Below are positions 13,580 to 25,300 of a stretch of DNA of 64,000 nt, in pieces. The DNA comes from Blastocystis sp. subtype 4 (lineage: Eukaryota): assembly GCF_000743755.1 (NCBI RefSeq), contig NW_014569529.1:1-64000 (forward strand), given 5' to 3'. The first letter of the stretch is position 1; each line of letters starts with the position of its first letter. The notes beneath the pieces were generated by a model. The model made no database searches, was not told where the DNA came from, and saw only the letters and a program-made list of their open reading frames with translations. Both the position numbers and the translations under genes were made by a program.

Positions 13580-16500
13580 TTAGATCTTCGCCCGCTTATC
13601 ATCACTCTCCACGTCATCAAACACGCCTCGTCTCTCTGCTAGAGATCGTTTCAGCAAAGTCAAAGCAGCTTGATTTACACCCAGACGATCCTACCCTTCA
13701 CAGTCTCTATCTGTTCTTACCCGATTTACATACAGTTTAGCCTTCATCAACGAACGCAACTGAATCAAAGTATCCTGTAATTGAGCTGTGGCCTCTAGTT
13801 GTTGCTATGAATGAGATTAAGCAAGAGATTCCACCTCATAAAGACGAATGATGAATAGAATAGCCTTCACACACATCTCCACTTGCTGGTTACTGTTCAA
13901 CATCTCTGTTAGATAGACCAACAACTGACAGATATTCTCAAAGGGAAGAACAAGTAATGTACTCTCCAATTCGATTCGAGGCATATTACTACATATAAAT
14001 CCAATTCTCCATCCTTACCTGACTGTTGTTGCCACATACTCGAACGGAGTCATTCCCATCATAAACACATCCTTCTCAGGAGGAGGCAATACTGGCTTTG
14101 TTCCATTGGCTGTACGCTCTTGTAATTCTTCTTCTGTAAGAAGTGACTTCACATACTCGCATTCTTCCTCCCATTCCTTAATCTTCTTTCGTTGGGCTTC
14201 AGCACGTTCTAAGGTTGCAATCAAACTATCAGCGGCTCGCATGCTTCCACTATTGACCGAAGTAGCACGATCACTACCGTCCTTCTCCAGAACAACTTCA
14301 TTCGTCTTTCCAGTTCCTGTTGCTTGTTCTGCTCCACTCGGCTGTACGGCTTCATCCTCCAACCCAAGAGCTCTCTCTCCTTCAACATCCATCGCCTCAT
14401 CCAATTGTTCCTCCAACTCACGCTCACGTTCTTCCTCCAGGATCACAGGTTCATTGCTACGCAGGTAAATTCGAATAGCCCGATCGTGTCCTGCAGTTAC
14501 AACAAAGTCTCCTAAATGAGACACAGTCAAAGCCCACGCCTCACCAAAGTGTGCATGAGTCTGAGTGATGAGTTCAAATCGATCCGCATCCCAAAACTTG
14601 AGGAAACCATCCTTGCCACATGTGAACACGTAATGTGTATTAGGGACAAAGGCAACACTCATCACACTATCAGCATGAGCAAAGAAGGACTTATGACAGT
14701 CACCAAAATCAAGACCCCAAATCTTGATATTCTTATCAGCAGAACCAGTAACAATAAGCTTATTATCACTACTGATAGAGAGAGACATAACCGGAAGCTT
14801 ATGACCATATAAGGATAAGAAGAATCGTAATGTATCCTCAAAGAATATCTAAATATGAAGTAATAAGACAATGAACACTTTCACTGTATTGTCTAGTAAT
14901 GATACTGCTACTAAGAGTTTATCTGTCTCTTTCGTATTACTGTACTTAACACAAAGAATATCGTGACTCATCTTCAATGTACGTGTAGGAACGATCTGTA
15001 ACTGGCGACGTTTAGTCTCAGGATTTTGTTGGATCTCAAACTCCCAAAAGCAAAGATTGTGGTCTGCTCCTCCAGACATCATTCCCTTTCCATCCATTCG
15101 AACATCCACACTCCAAATACTGCCCTTGTGAGCTTGAAGTGTCTGGATCACATCACCAGTATTCAGATCCACGAGAACCAACTTTCCTTCCTTTGTTCCA
15201 ATCACAGAGAATTTATCACCAGGCAGCAAACAGCAACACAAACCTCCTTCCACACCAATACTCCGAACACACTCTAATGATCGAATACTCCACATTCGAG
15301 CATCCTTTTGACCCACAGAGAGGAGGATATCATCCGTTGAGAATAAAGACACAGCACGTACATCACTACGATGACCAGCAAGACTGATGGACATAAGCTT
15401 CTCAAACGAACCAGTATTTTCAACTCCTGCTCCGTCCTCTTTCTTCTCTTTATCCTTCTTAGTTGAAGCATTATGTCGACCAAATCGATACATCTGCATA
15501 CTGTTGTTATTCAGACCAAATAACACTTCAATCTCATCACTACTTGATAACTCTCGACCAAAATCAAAAGAAGTCAGTTTATGAGTAGTATTTACTGTTG
15601 ATACCAATTCCAGAACATCTGAACATTGAACAAGACTATCTCCAATATCACCCTTTTCCTTACGTCGTTTCACACGACGTTTCATTTTCTTAGTACTATC
15701 ATTGACTGTACGAATACGATATAACATAAATACCTTCCCAACATTCTATTCATAACACATTCAATCTATCTCTCACGTAATAACCTACTAACTCTCCAGA
15801 AGGATCTACTGATAATTGACCAGTTCGACCACTCTTAGGAACAGTTATACAACCCCGATACTCCAAAATATGCTGACTTGCTACTGTTTCCTCTTCACTC
15901 TTCAGTACTCGAGGCTCTTTGAAGATATTGAAGAGTCGAAGACTCTGATCGCTGCTGCCAGTCAACACACAGTACTTAGTTAAGTTACTTTCACCCTCCT
16001 CATCCTTATATCCATTCTGGCTAATGCGAGTCATAGACCATATCTCAGTACGATGACCAATGTATGTATCTAAGCAATACTGACCATCAATTGACCATGC
16101 TTTGAGTAGGGTATCTTTGGAAGCAGAAAGGAGCATGTTGTATTCTTCAATGAACAAAAGACTAGTGACTACATCCCGATGACCTTTCAATCGACAAACA
16201 CCTGTTTCTCCGATAAGATCCCATATAACAATAGTGCAATCGCTGGATCCAGAAGCGAGTAAATTACCTTCAGCATTGAAAGAAAACGAACTGATTGCCT
16301 TCTTATGTCCCTTTAACTTCACTACTGTTTACAATACGATCATTTCATACGTGTCATTTCTTTCTTTTCAATATTCCAAATACGAATGAACCCATCAGTA
16401 TAACCAACTGCATAAATGTCCTTCTTTGGACTTCTACAAATTCTAGAAATCTCTGCATCTCCATCCTTCAATCCACAGACCTAGAAATTATAAGACTCTG

Positions 16501-16663
16501 AAATCTCGACCTTCGTTCCCAGTTTGATATTCCAAACTGCCAACTCTTCCAGTGCACCTGAAATAGCCATCGTTCCATCATGACTAAGAACAACATTGGC
16601 ATTAGGAGACGTAATCAGGCCCAATGTACTATCTAAAGTATACCTTTGGTAGCTATGCTGCAT
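13580..16663 (-). CDS. UTP12: U3 snoRNA-associated protein 12 / WDR3 (Dip2/Utp12), WD40 repeats plus C-terminal Utp12 domain
   Basis: MQHSYQRYTLDSTLGLITS N-terminus, LKGHKKAISSFSFN...GSSDCTIVIWD, AGHRSDVRAVS, TGSADKNIKIWGLDFGDCHKSFFAHADSVM, ILEEERERELEE. C-terminal LESTLLVLPFENI...VEMCVKAILFIIRL. Stop TAA 13582-13580. Confidence 0.95.
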
Positions 16664-16887
16664 TGGATAATATCAAGATAAAAACTAGATAGGACGAACC
16701 AGTCTGAGCCACAATTTGGCGACTTATAGAAGTCGAAGAAATTGATTATATTTATGGAAATCCTTGGTAAAGGATGAATTCTGGAAATCGATGGATTCTC
16801 GGCTGGAATTAACGAAAACAAAGTACATATAACGAATAGTCTTCTGTTCCACCCAAACCGGAAAGAAAGAGTTGAGCACAATTTCAA

Positions 16888-17692
16888 ATGGAAATTGAAG
16901 AAACAACAGCCCAGCAAGAGATATCAATCGAAGAAGTTAAAACCTATGGTTCAAACTTGTGAATAGTTGAGTAATGAATAGTTCGGCAAAAACTAAAAGC
17001 TTTTATTGCAGATAAATTGGTAACATTTGAAAAACGACTAACAGTATCATTTAGTCGAGTTAGTTCATGGATAGCAACGATACATTCAATCAGGAAGACC
17101 TGTATCTTCGTTTGTATCTGAAGTATAAGACAATTGATGAGGAGTAAAATGATAGGGTACATATCGTGTGTTTCAGGAATTCGATCGTGTTTGTGACAAG
17201 TATATCAATATGTTTGAGTTATATTGTGAAAAGAATATTTTGGTTCCTCGTATTCCGGATAATCATGTATGAGTATGTACTTCGTGTGATGAGTAGGTCA
17301 CTCCATTAGATCAGTGTTCAGATGAAGAAAAGGAACTCGACAGAAAACTTGAAAAGAGAAAACACGAACTTTTAGAGTGTTATCGGAAGAAGAATATTCT
17401 TGAGTTACAACGACAATTGATTCTCTCCGATTTTGGGCAAGCCCTCGCTCGATTAGGTGCTCTAGCCGAGGAATTTCCTGTCGAAAAGCTTCAAGAAGAT
17501 ATAAAGTCTTTACAGGAGTATCGTGAGGTGTGTCAGAATAGCAAAGGTATGTAAATATGATGTGGATAATAGGTAGAACTAACCGAGTTGTTACAAGGAA
17601 TGGAGAATGTACCCTGGACAGATGAACAGCAAGTAAATCCTGAGATGATAGAAGGATTGATGCGATGTTTTGATGAGGCTGGCTTGGTGTGA
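16888..17692 (+). CDS. MIS12: Mis12-like kinetochore protein (6 exons; absent from the ORF track)
   Basis: Splicing five GT-AG introns of about 30-33 nt gives MEIEETTAQQEISIEEVKTYVRQKLKAFIADKLVTFEKRLT...EGTYRVFQEFDRVCDKYINMFELYCEKNILVPRIP...EEKELDRKLEKRKHELL...AGLV*. DK-x3-FELY-x3-NI-x2-P followed by a coiled coil is the Mis12 signature. Confidence 0.7.
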
Positions 17693-17728
17693 AGTTCTTT
17701 GTTTCTTGAGAACTACTTAATGATTATG

Positions 17729-18757
17729 TTAACAAACACACGACCTGTTTCTCTTTGGTAATCTGGAAATATCTTCCTTAGTGGCTACTACTTTCTCTTC
17801 CTTCAGCTCCTTACTGAGTTTACCTCTTCTCGGTTGTGGATTACGAATCTGTCGTCCAGTTGGTTGAGGAGTTGATAAAACAGGAGCCTGTGGAGCTGGT
17901 CTCAGAACATTGATTTGTCGAGAACCTTGTTTAGCCTTCGGTTCTTCCTCTCCACTAGTACGCTTCTTGATACTCATCGATTCACTTGCCTGTTGTTTTT
18001 TCACCTTGTTATCCCACTTTTCTTTAACAACATTCACTCTCTCTGTAATAGCATTGTAGATAGTCATGTAATTCTCATATAAATTTAGGAAATCTTTGAG
18101 CTTTGATCGTTCACTTTCGCCATTCGGTTGTTGCTGTAACTGGCGAACGCGTGAAAGCGATTCCAACCATACACTTCTAGCGATCGATGTATTGTAACTT
18201 TCCCTAGTAAATGCAGAAGATATGGTTATTGGTTGAATATTAAAGGACTCTAACTCCTTCTTAGGATGAATCGAGTCCATACACTTCATTTTAGGGAACT
18301 TATAAGTACTATCTGATCCGTTAAGACACTTCAACTCTTTTATCACATCACTACATTCATAAATACATTGCCACTGAGCTCCCGTACTCATCACTGTATA
18401 CTGAACCTTTCCTGTTGGATATCCCTCCTCATACTCAATCGAATATATTTTATCCGATCCTCGAATTATACACATTCCATGCAATACTCCACCTTTAAAA
18501 CAACAACTCATGAGATCTTCTCCATATTCATCTCGCAAAAAAGCACGTCCATTACGCTGACCATTATTCCATTCTGAGTACAACTCCTTGTTGCCATCAA
18601 TGCTCCGTGAAGTTTGTTTTGTGGAACCAGAGTACAATCGTTCCCTATAGGGCTTGTCTGTAGGATTGAGATTAAGGACAGACAACAAATCTTGACCGTG
18701 TATACAGTAATAGTTAAAATACTCTTCGGCCTTCATAGAAAGAATGATAATATGCAT
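17729..18757 (-). CDS. Hypothetical protein, MORN/antitoxin-YwqK-like beta repeats at the N-terminus and a basic low-complexity C-terminus; real stop probably made at 17743 by polyadenylation
   Basis: 342-aa intronless ORF with SEWNNGQRNGRAF, CCFKGGVLHGMC and IEYEEGYPTG repeats. Start could be 18736 (MKAEEY). Confidence 0.65.
   Translation of the reverse strand: MHIIILSMKAEEYFNYYCIHGQDLLSVLNLNPTDKPYRERLYSGSTKQTSRSIDGNKELYSEWNNGQRNGRAFLRDEYGEDLMSCCFKGGVLHGMCIIRGSDKIYSIEYEEGYPTGKVQYTVMSTGAQWQCIYECSDVIKELKCLNGSDSTYKFPKMKCMDSIHPKKELESFNIQPITISSAFTRESYNTSIARSVWLESLSRVRQLQQQPNGESERSKLKDFLNLYENYMTIYNAITERVNVVKEKWDNKVKKQQASESMSIKKRTSGEEEPKAKQGSRQINVLRPAPQAPVLSTPQPTGRQIRNPQPRRGKLSKELKEEKVVATKEDISRLPKRNRSCVC
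17731..17738 (-). terminator. TGTTTGTT motif lying inside the last codons of the genomic ORF
   Basis: Minus strand reads AAC AGG T|CGTG TGTTTGTT AA. Confidence 0.8.
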
Positions 18758-19370
18758 TAACTGAAATCTGTACCAAAAAACACCCTTCTTTTGGAATTTG
18801 TGATTGATAATTACTAGTGGACAGTCACTTCATGAATCATTAAGAATAAAAGGATATAAAACGTCAAAGAGAGAATACAGATACATCAATATGTATCCCA
18901 CTCTATAATTCTAAATTCGTTGTCTGTAACAGTCAATTGTTCACTACATCTAGACTATAATTCTATTGTCACAATATCCTAACTAGTCTTCATTCTATCC
19001 TATAGGAACATCTATTCATAGTTTACCCCTTGTTATGACCAACTAGAATATTTTAACTCAGAAATGTATTCTCACAAAAGAGAAATGAACGTTTTTAGAT
19101 AGGTATAAAATTCTCTTGCCATCTATGCAATATATGACATTTAAGATTTGGTCCTTATTTAACCAATCATTCTGTGGTTACTACCATTCTATTGGTCCTT
19201 TATGGGTCTTTATTTTGCAATATATTTGTGGTTTGGTAATTTTTCTGGAAGGACGTTTTTTCTACCTCCCTTTCGATTTCAAGTCTTCACAATACTTTTT
19301 GGAGACATCGCGAGTATTCTCCTTGTATCTTTTCTTGTTATATTTGGCTTCTTTATTGATCAAGTATTTA

Positions 19371-22300
19371 ATGAGAATGGATATGTGTTATAAAAGGTGA
19401 GTTTTGCGTGTGTAGTTGTAACATTGGTAGATTTGTTGCTTTACTGCTGGTACTAGCTGCCGTAGCAGTGAGTGTTGAAACAAACATGAATTATGAGTCT
19501 ACGGTTCTCGTGAACAAGGACGTGGTAGTTACCGATTCCAAGTTCATGTGGCTTCCAGATGACGAGCTTCGTGCATCTTGGGGTAGCCGTGACGTTGAGA
19601 ATGGCAAGTGGGGTTTCGTTTCTGAGAAGGTCCCGTACTCACCTGTTTCTCAAGTTTCAGGCTCTGTTTTTAACATCTTTGATGGTGACTTGACCAGTGG
19701 CTTTGTCTGGAAGGCCGTTTCTCTTTCTGAGAAGTGCCCCGTAGACAGTAGTAACTGTGTTGAAGATGGTGACATGGCACGGTAGGGAATTGAGTTTTGG
19801 GAGTTAGTTGTAGGTTCAATCAGGCTGAGGGTGGATTGAAGTGCTATGATGCTGAGGGGAACGAGTGTTCTTCGGAATGCAGTTTCTGTGATAACCTCCG
19901 TGCTTCCGTGGTCTTCGATACCGAGAAGTTGATGATGGTTCAGAACATTGCTGTTTTCGTGCAGAATGCTCCCTCTGCTCCTCGTGCTTGGACTGTGTCT
20001 TACTCCTTCGATGGTCCGATGGGCCCTTGGATGAAGTTCGCTGATCACCAGATGTCTGAGCTTGTGGAGGGTGAAGTGTCCATGACGGAGATGCATGGAG
20101 GTGTGATTGCTGCTCGCTATTGGAAGATTGAGATTACCTCCAATTGGGGAGCTGCTGAAGTCGAGCTTAAGGAAGTGCGTCTGTTTGGTGTTGTGAATGC
20201 GGAATTGAGCCGTCGTCTGGAGGATGTGAAGGAGATCACTGTGGACGGTGAGAATATGGAGGCTACTGACTACGTTCTGAAGTATACCTTCAAGGGTGAG
20301 GCCCCTTTGTATGTCCAGGGTTATACGCTGTCTGTGGTGCGTATCAACTCGGTGAATCTGGACAATGGTTCGACAGGAGACAAGAACGTTCTGATTGTAG
20401 GCCAGCCAAAGACTTTCTATGTGAGCATCAGCAACCATGAGGATCTGAGTCGGGATACTGTGAAGTATGTGAAGGGAACTGATTGCTCAGCCCCCGCTTA
20501 TGGTGAGGAGAAGCATTTGGTGAACAATACGTTTACGGTTGTATTCAACGAATCAACTGACGCGAACTTGACTCTGTGTTATCGCTTACAGTTCGATGAG
20601 ACGTATAAGCCTGAGGAGTATTTCCCGATTGGCGACTTCTCTGTGCAAATGCGTGATGTGTACAGTCTGACAGCTCTTGTTGGAGCTTCTGATTTTGCTG
20701 TAAAGGGTGTTCCTAAGACATGGCGTGCGGATGTCCTTGGTTCGTCTGTGGATGATCAAATTGGTTTTAAGATTAATGGCGAGTGCGTGATGGTTCCTTA
20801 CGTATTGGATGGTTTCACGTACACGTTCAACTATGAATCTGTGGAGGGAGAGGAGGTGTTCCCTCTATGCTACAAGTTTGTTGGCGAGGAGGTTGTTGTG
20901 TTCCCTGAGTTGACTGTTCGTGTGGGACATCTTGATTCCTTGATTCAGAAGAGTGGATCCGCCAACGTTATGATGACTGATTCTTCTAAGAGCTTTTTTG
21001 TGCAGGGTGTTGGTGTTGCTAATGGTGATGAGCTGTTCGTGAGTTCGGATGACCACTGTTCCTCGGACTCGGTGACTCCTGCTATTGTTTCTAATGGTGC
21101 TGTAACTGTCACTGCTTCGACTGCTGGAGCTCTTCATGTATGCTACAAGTTCGCTAACGAGCCGTTCTACTGGTCGGCTGTCGTGATGAATGTGTATGAT
21201 GTATCCTTTGTTCCTGGATCAGGAGATGTGAAGATCTTGATTGTAAATCAGACTAAGACCTACGATGTGGTCATTGATGGTCCTAGTGCTCATTTGTTTA
21301 CTGGTTTCATGTCGTTGGTCCCTGGCCTTTCTTGCTTAGGTGATGCGGTGATGACTTCTCCAATGACCTCGACGATCTCGGTCACTCTGGATCGGGTCTA
21401 CGAGGAGTTGAGCATGTGTTTCACTTTGGTGCATGACGGAGTGCATGAGTCTCCGAAGAATTATGGATTGATGACTCAGAAGGATTTATGGAACCTGCGG
21501 ATTGAAAACAGTGAGGTTTTGTATATCTTGAGTGAAAGTACAACTCCTGTGAATGTTACTGGTCGTGGTATTTCTAACGAGGATACTTTGTTCTTTGTTG
21601 AGAACAGTGCTTCTTGTGAGACGACTCCAGAGATCATTTTCCATGTCGATGATAGTATAGCTTTAGTCTTCTTGCCTCATGGATACAATATGCTGATGAA
21701 GATGTGTTATCGTTTTGTGAACGAGACAGCTATTCCTCTGGAACGTCCAATTTCTGTGTATGGTATTGAGACGGATCTGAATGCCTATGCATTCATGAGT
21801 GTTACTGCGTTCTTCCATTTGCAGGCTATGCCTCTTATGTCAACATCTGATAAGTACACATTCGTGCAGGAAGGATTGAGTTGTCCTACAGATGATAGCG
21901 TGTATAAATCAGTGGTATTGAATGAGTACAACCGTTATGTGTTCGAGACTTCCACTATTGCTACGTATGTCCTCTGTTATAAGTTCTCTGGTATCAATCG
22001 TTATGGTCAGTTTGCTTCTGCTAGTACCACGGTGATTGATCACATTGTTGTGTATCCTCGTGATAACATCTATGGTACTGCTTTCACTTATGTTACAAAG
22101 GACCTGGTTTTCTCTGGTAACTCTGTGCAGGCTGGAGATCGTGTGAAGTATGTGAAGAACAGTTGTGATGAGAGTGACTTCAATATGGAGACGACCAATA
22201 TGGAGTATTATACTCTGGATGCTTCCCTTTCCTTGAACCTGTTTTACACGGCCACTGTTGACACACTTATCATGTGCTACAGTTTCTCTAAGTTTGATGA

Positions 22301-25300
22301 TACTCCTAAGTTCTATCCATTTGTGAATAATGAATATGCTATGCATGTGGTGGGTATGCAAAATGTGACTGTCAATCGTGGAGATTCTCAGGTATTGGTA
22401 TCAGGTGTACACAAGACGTTCGAGTTGAATGCAGTTGATATTACTTTGGAGTCTTTCTTCTTTGTGGAGAACACGAAGAATTGTTCTGTTGCCAATGCTC
22501 TGGAAGATCGTGTTTTCAATATGCAGAACAATGCTGCTTTGGTGCTATTCGCTGGATGCTTCGAGCAGCAGATCTTCAAGATGTGTGTCAACTTCAACTA
22601 TAACAACCGTCAGTTCGTTGCTGATATGATTCCTCAGACTCTGGAGATTGTGACATTTACTGGTGTGTCTGCTCTGTTGGGTGATGATAGTGTTGTGGTT
22701 GCTCATTTCGATAAGGGCTTCCATGTTGAGGGTTGCAATCTGAGTGACGAGGATACGTTCACGGTGTTGGATTCGGACTATGTGGCTCTGAGTGACCAAA
22801 CAACATCGATGCAGAATGGTACATTGTACATTCGTGCTCCTGTCTCTCGTGTGGGTCAGGAAATTCGTCTGGCTATGAGAATTCGTAATGAGCCTGAAAT
22901 CAATCTCGATTCGTCGATCTTCCGTGCTCGTGTGTATGGAGTGGCTGCTTTGACCAAGGATCAGTTCGTGATGCGTAATACCGACTCGATCGGATTCACA
23001 ACTGCTTACAATGTTCCTTACTCTGTGTTCTTCACGTCTGCTGCTGATGAGACGTGTGAGAATGAGAACAGTATTCTGAGCACTGTTCTGAACTTCACTG
23101 AGTTGGTTAGAGATGAACTGGCCTATGATCGTGTGTTGTACACATCTTCTCAGATGGTGACATTCACTGCTGCTACTCATAATGACTACTACTATGCTTG
23201 TGTAAAGTTTGGTAATGAGCAGTATTATCGTTATGGCCCTAATCTCGATGAGAATTATCGTATTCGAGTGTTTGTGAAGGGTATTTATGAGTTCACTCCT
23301 TTGGCTGAGGGTGTGAGTGGAAACAAGGTTGTTGCTGATAAGCCAAAGGGTTATCACTTCAAGGTGAGTTCTGGCGATAGCGAGGAAGAGAAAATTGCTT
23401 GGATTCCGATGAATGCTGATTGTGCTGATTACAGTGCTACTGCTACTACACCTGTTGCTTGGGAGAATATGGAAGACACTTTGACTGTGTTGATTGGCCA
23501 TGAGTATGGTGGCATGACCTTGAAGATGTGCTACTGGTTCGATGGTGTGGTGGTGTCCTATCCCGAATTCTTCCTGAACGTGCTGTATCTGAAGAGCTTC
23601 CTGTTCGTCGAAGGAAATGATCAACCTGATTCCACTTCGAGTATTGCTGTGATTAACCACAACAAGTATGCTTATCCTATCACAATCCCTGATATTGCTA
23701 CTAGCTCTAATAGAATGGAGGAAGTGAAGTTTGTGGCTGAGGATGAGATGTGTGATGCAAATCGTCCTGTGTTTGTGATGCAGATGGATGGAAGATTCCA
23801 CATTAAGGACAATGGCGATATGCCTGCTGTTGGTAAGCTGTGTTTCAAGTTCGAGAACGAGGACTTCTACAAGTTCGATGAGTATACTCTGACAGTGGTA
23901 CAGTTGAGTGGATTGATTGCTTCTGTGGGTGCTGATAATCGTGTGATTTCTAATCATCCTAAGGACTTCTCTCTGGAGTGTACCAACTGTGTAAGCAGTG
24001 ACTCTCTCTACTTCACTGCCTCGCGTGATGAGTGTGAGAACGCGTTTGCTCCTACATTCAGCTTCCATATGTCAATGGTAAATGGTAAACTGTCTTTCAC
24101 TTTCAATCCTCTCTCTCCTAATCAGAAGGCCCCTGGTAAGTACAATATTTGTTACCAATTCTCTCGTTACTATGATGTGGATGCTAGCTCAAACAAGCTG
24201 TTCTTCGACATTGATGTGACTGTGGCTCATATAAGTGCCCCTGTAGCTGATAGAGGCAGTTCATATTATCTGGTTGCTGAACAGCAAAAGGTGTTTAACT
24301 TTACACAGTCTGTGGGTGTATCAGACGGAGATATGTTTACCTACATTCCGATGAGTGAATCTTGCCCTACAAACTGTACTGTGAATTGTTTCACTATTGA
24401 GAATGAGTATAGTACTGTGATGTTTATGGAACATTCCAATAATCAGGAGTTGCAGATGTGTTACTACTTCATTGATGAGGATATGGGTATTATGTATAAC
24501 GATTATCGTGTGAAGGTCCAGGGCATTATTGAGTTGATATCTCATCCTACAGCAAATATCGCCTTCAAGGATACATTGAAGAATGTTACTGTGATTGGTT
24601 CTGGTGTGAACCGTCATGACAAGGTGAAATATATGAAGAGCCGAAGTAGTTGTGCTAGTGATGCTGCTGCTGATATTGTGGCGAACGCTGAGGTAGACTA
24701 CATTGAAGGTCAGTATGTCTATTCTGTGACATTCTCTGAGCAGACTTCAGATTTGAATCCTGCTTATGTGATGTGCTATCAGTTTGGTAATGAGCCTTGG
24801 AAGCAGTATGATGAGTATTCTCTGATAGTGCTGGCTGTGAGTATTGATGACTATCCTGAGTATTACTCCAGTGATAAGGCTATTGTGAACATGCGTAAGC
24901 GTTTCAACATTTCTCCAATGAGCAATTGGGAGACGTCTTACATCAAGTTTATTCGTGAGGATAGCACTTGCTTATCAGAAGGAGTGATGCTCGAGTTGTA
25001 TGATGATGATTCTGATATGACGACTGGCAGATATGCTCCAATTCATTTTGATGCTGAGAATAGCACTTACTATCTGGATGTAGCTTTCACACAGAACTCT
25101 TATCCCACTTTCTTCAAAGCTTGTCTTGTTTTTGGTAACGATGAAAAGTCTCAGAGAGAGGTAGAAGATTTTTCTGTGTTGGTTGCAGATATTCCTGTTT
25201 TGAATACGGGTCATGTTGTGGATAATGTGGAGAAGCTGGTACCTGTAGCTGGATATGGTCGTCATAGTTCGGATCTGGTGTATGTGTCAGAAGGTGATTG

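Noticed and set aside
240..16663. Fragmented ORFs looking like pseudogenes or frameshifts
   Set aside because: Breaks checked are explained by about 30-nt GT-AG introns that restore the frame.
17729..17742. C-terminal CVC as a CxC prenylation signal
   Set aside because: These codons are the TGTTTGTT motif itself and probably lie beyond the poly(A) site.
19116..19400. Hydrophobic 94-aa and 63-aa ORFs upstream of the giant gene
   Set aside because: T-rich intergenic or UTR sequence gives Phe/Leu-rich translations; only the last codons (from 19371) fit a gene model. An upstream in-frame start cannot be fully excluded.
19797..19813. ORF-track start (TTG) of the 13,393-aa ORF, and the 125-aa ORF 19408-19785 as a separate gene
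   Set aside because: The start lies within intron 2; both ORFs are exons of one gene starting at 19371.
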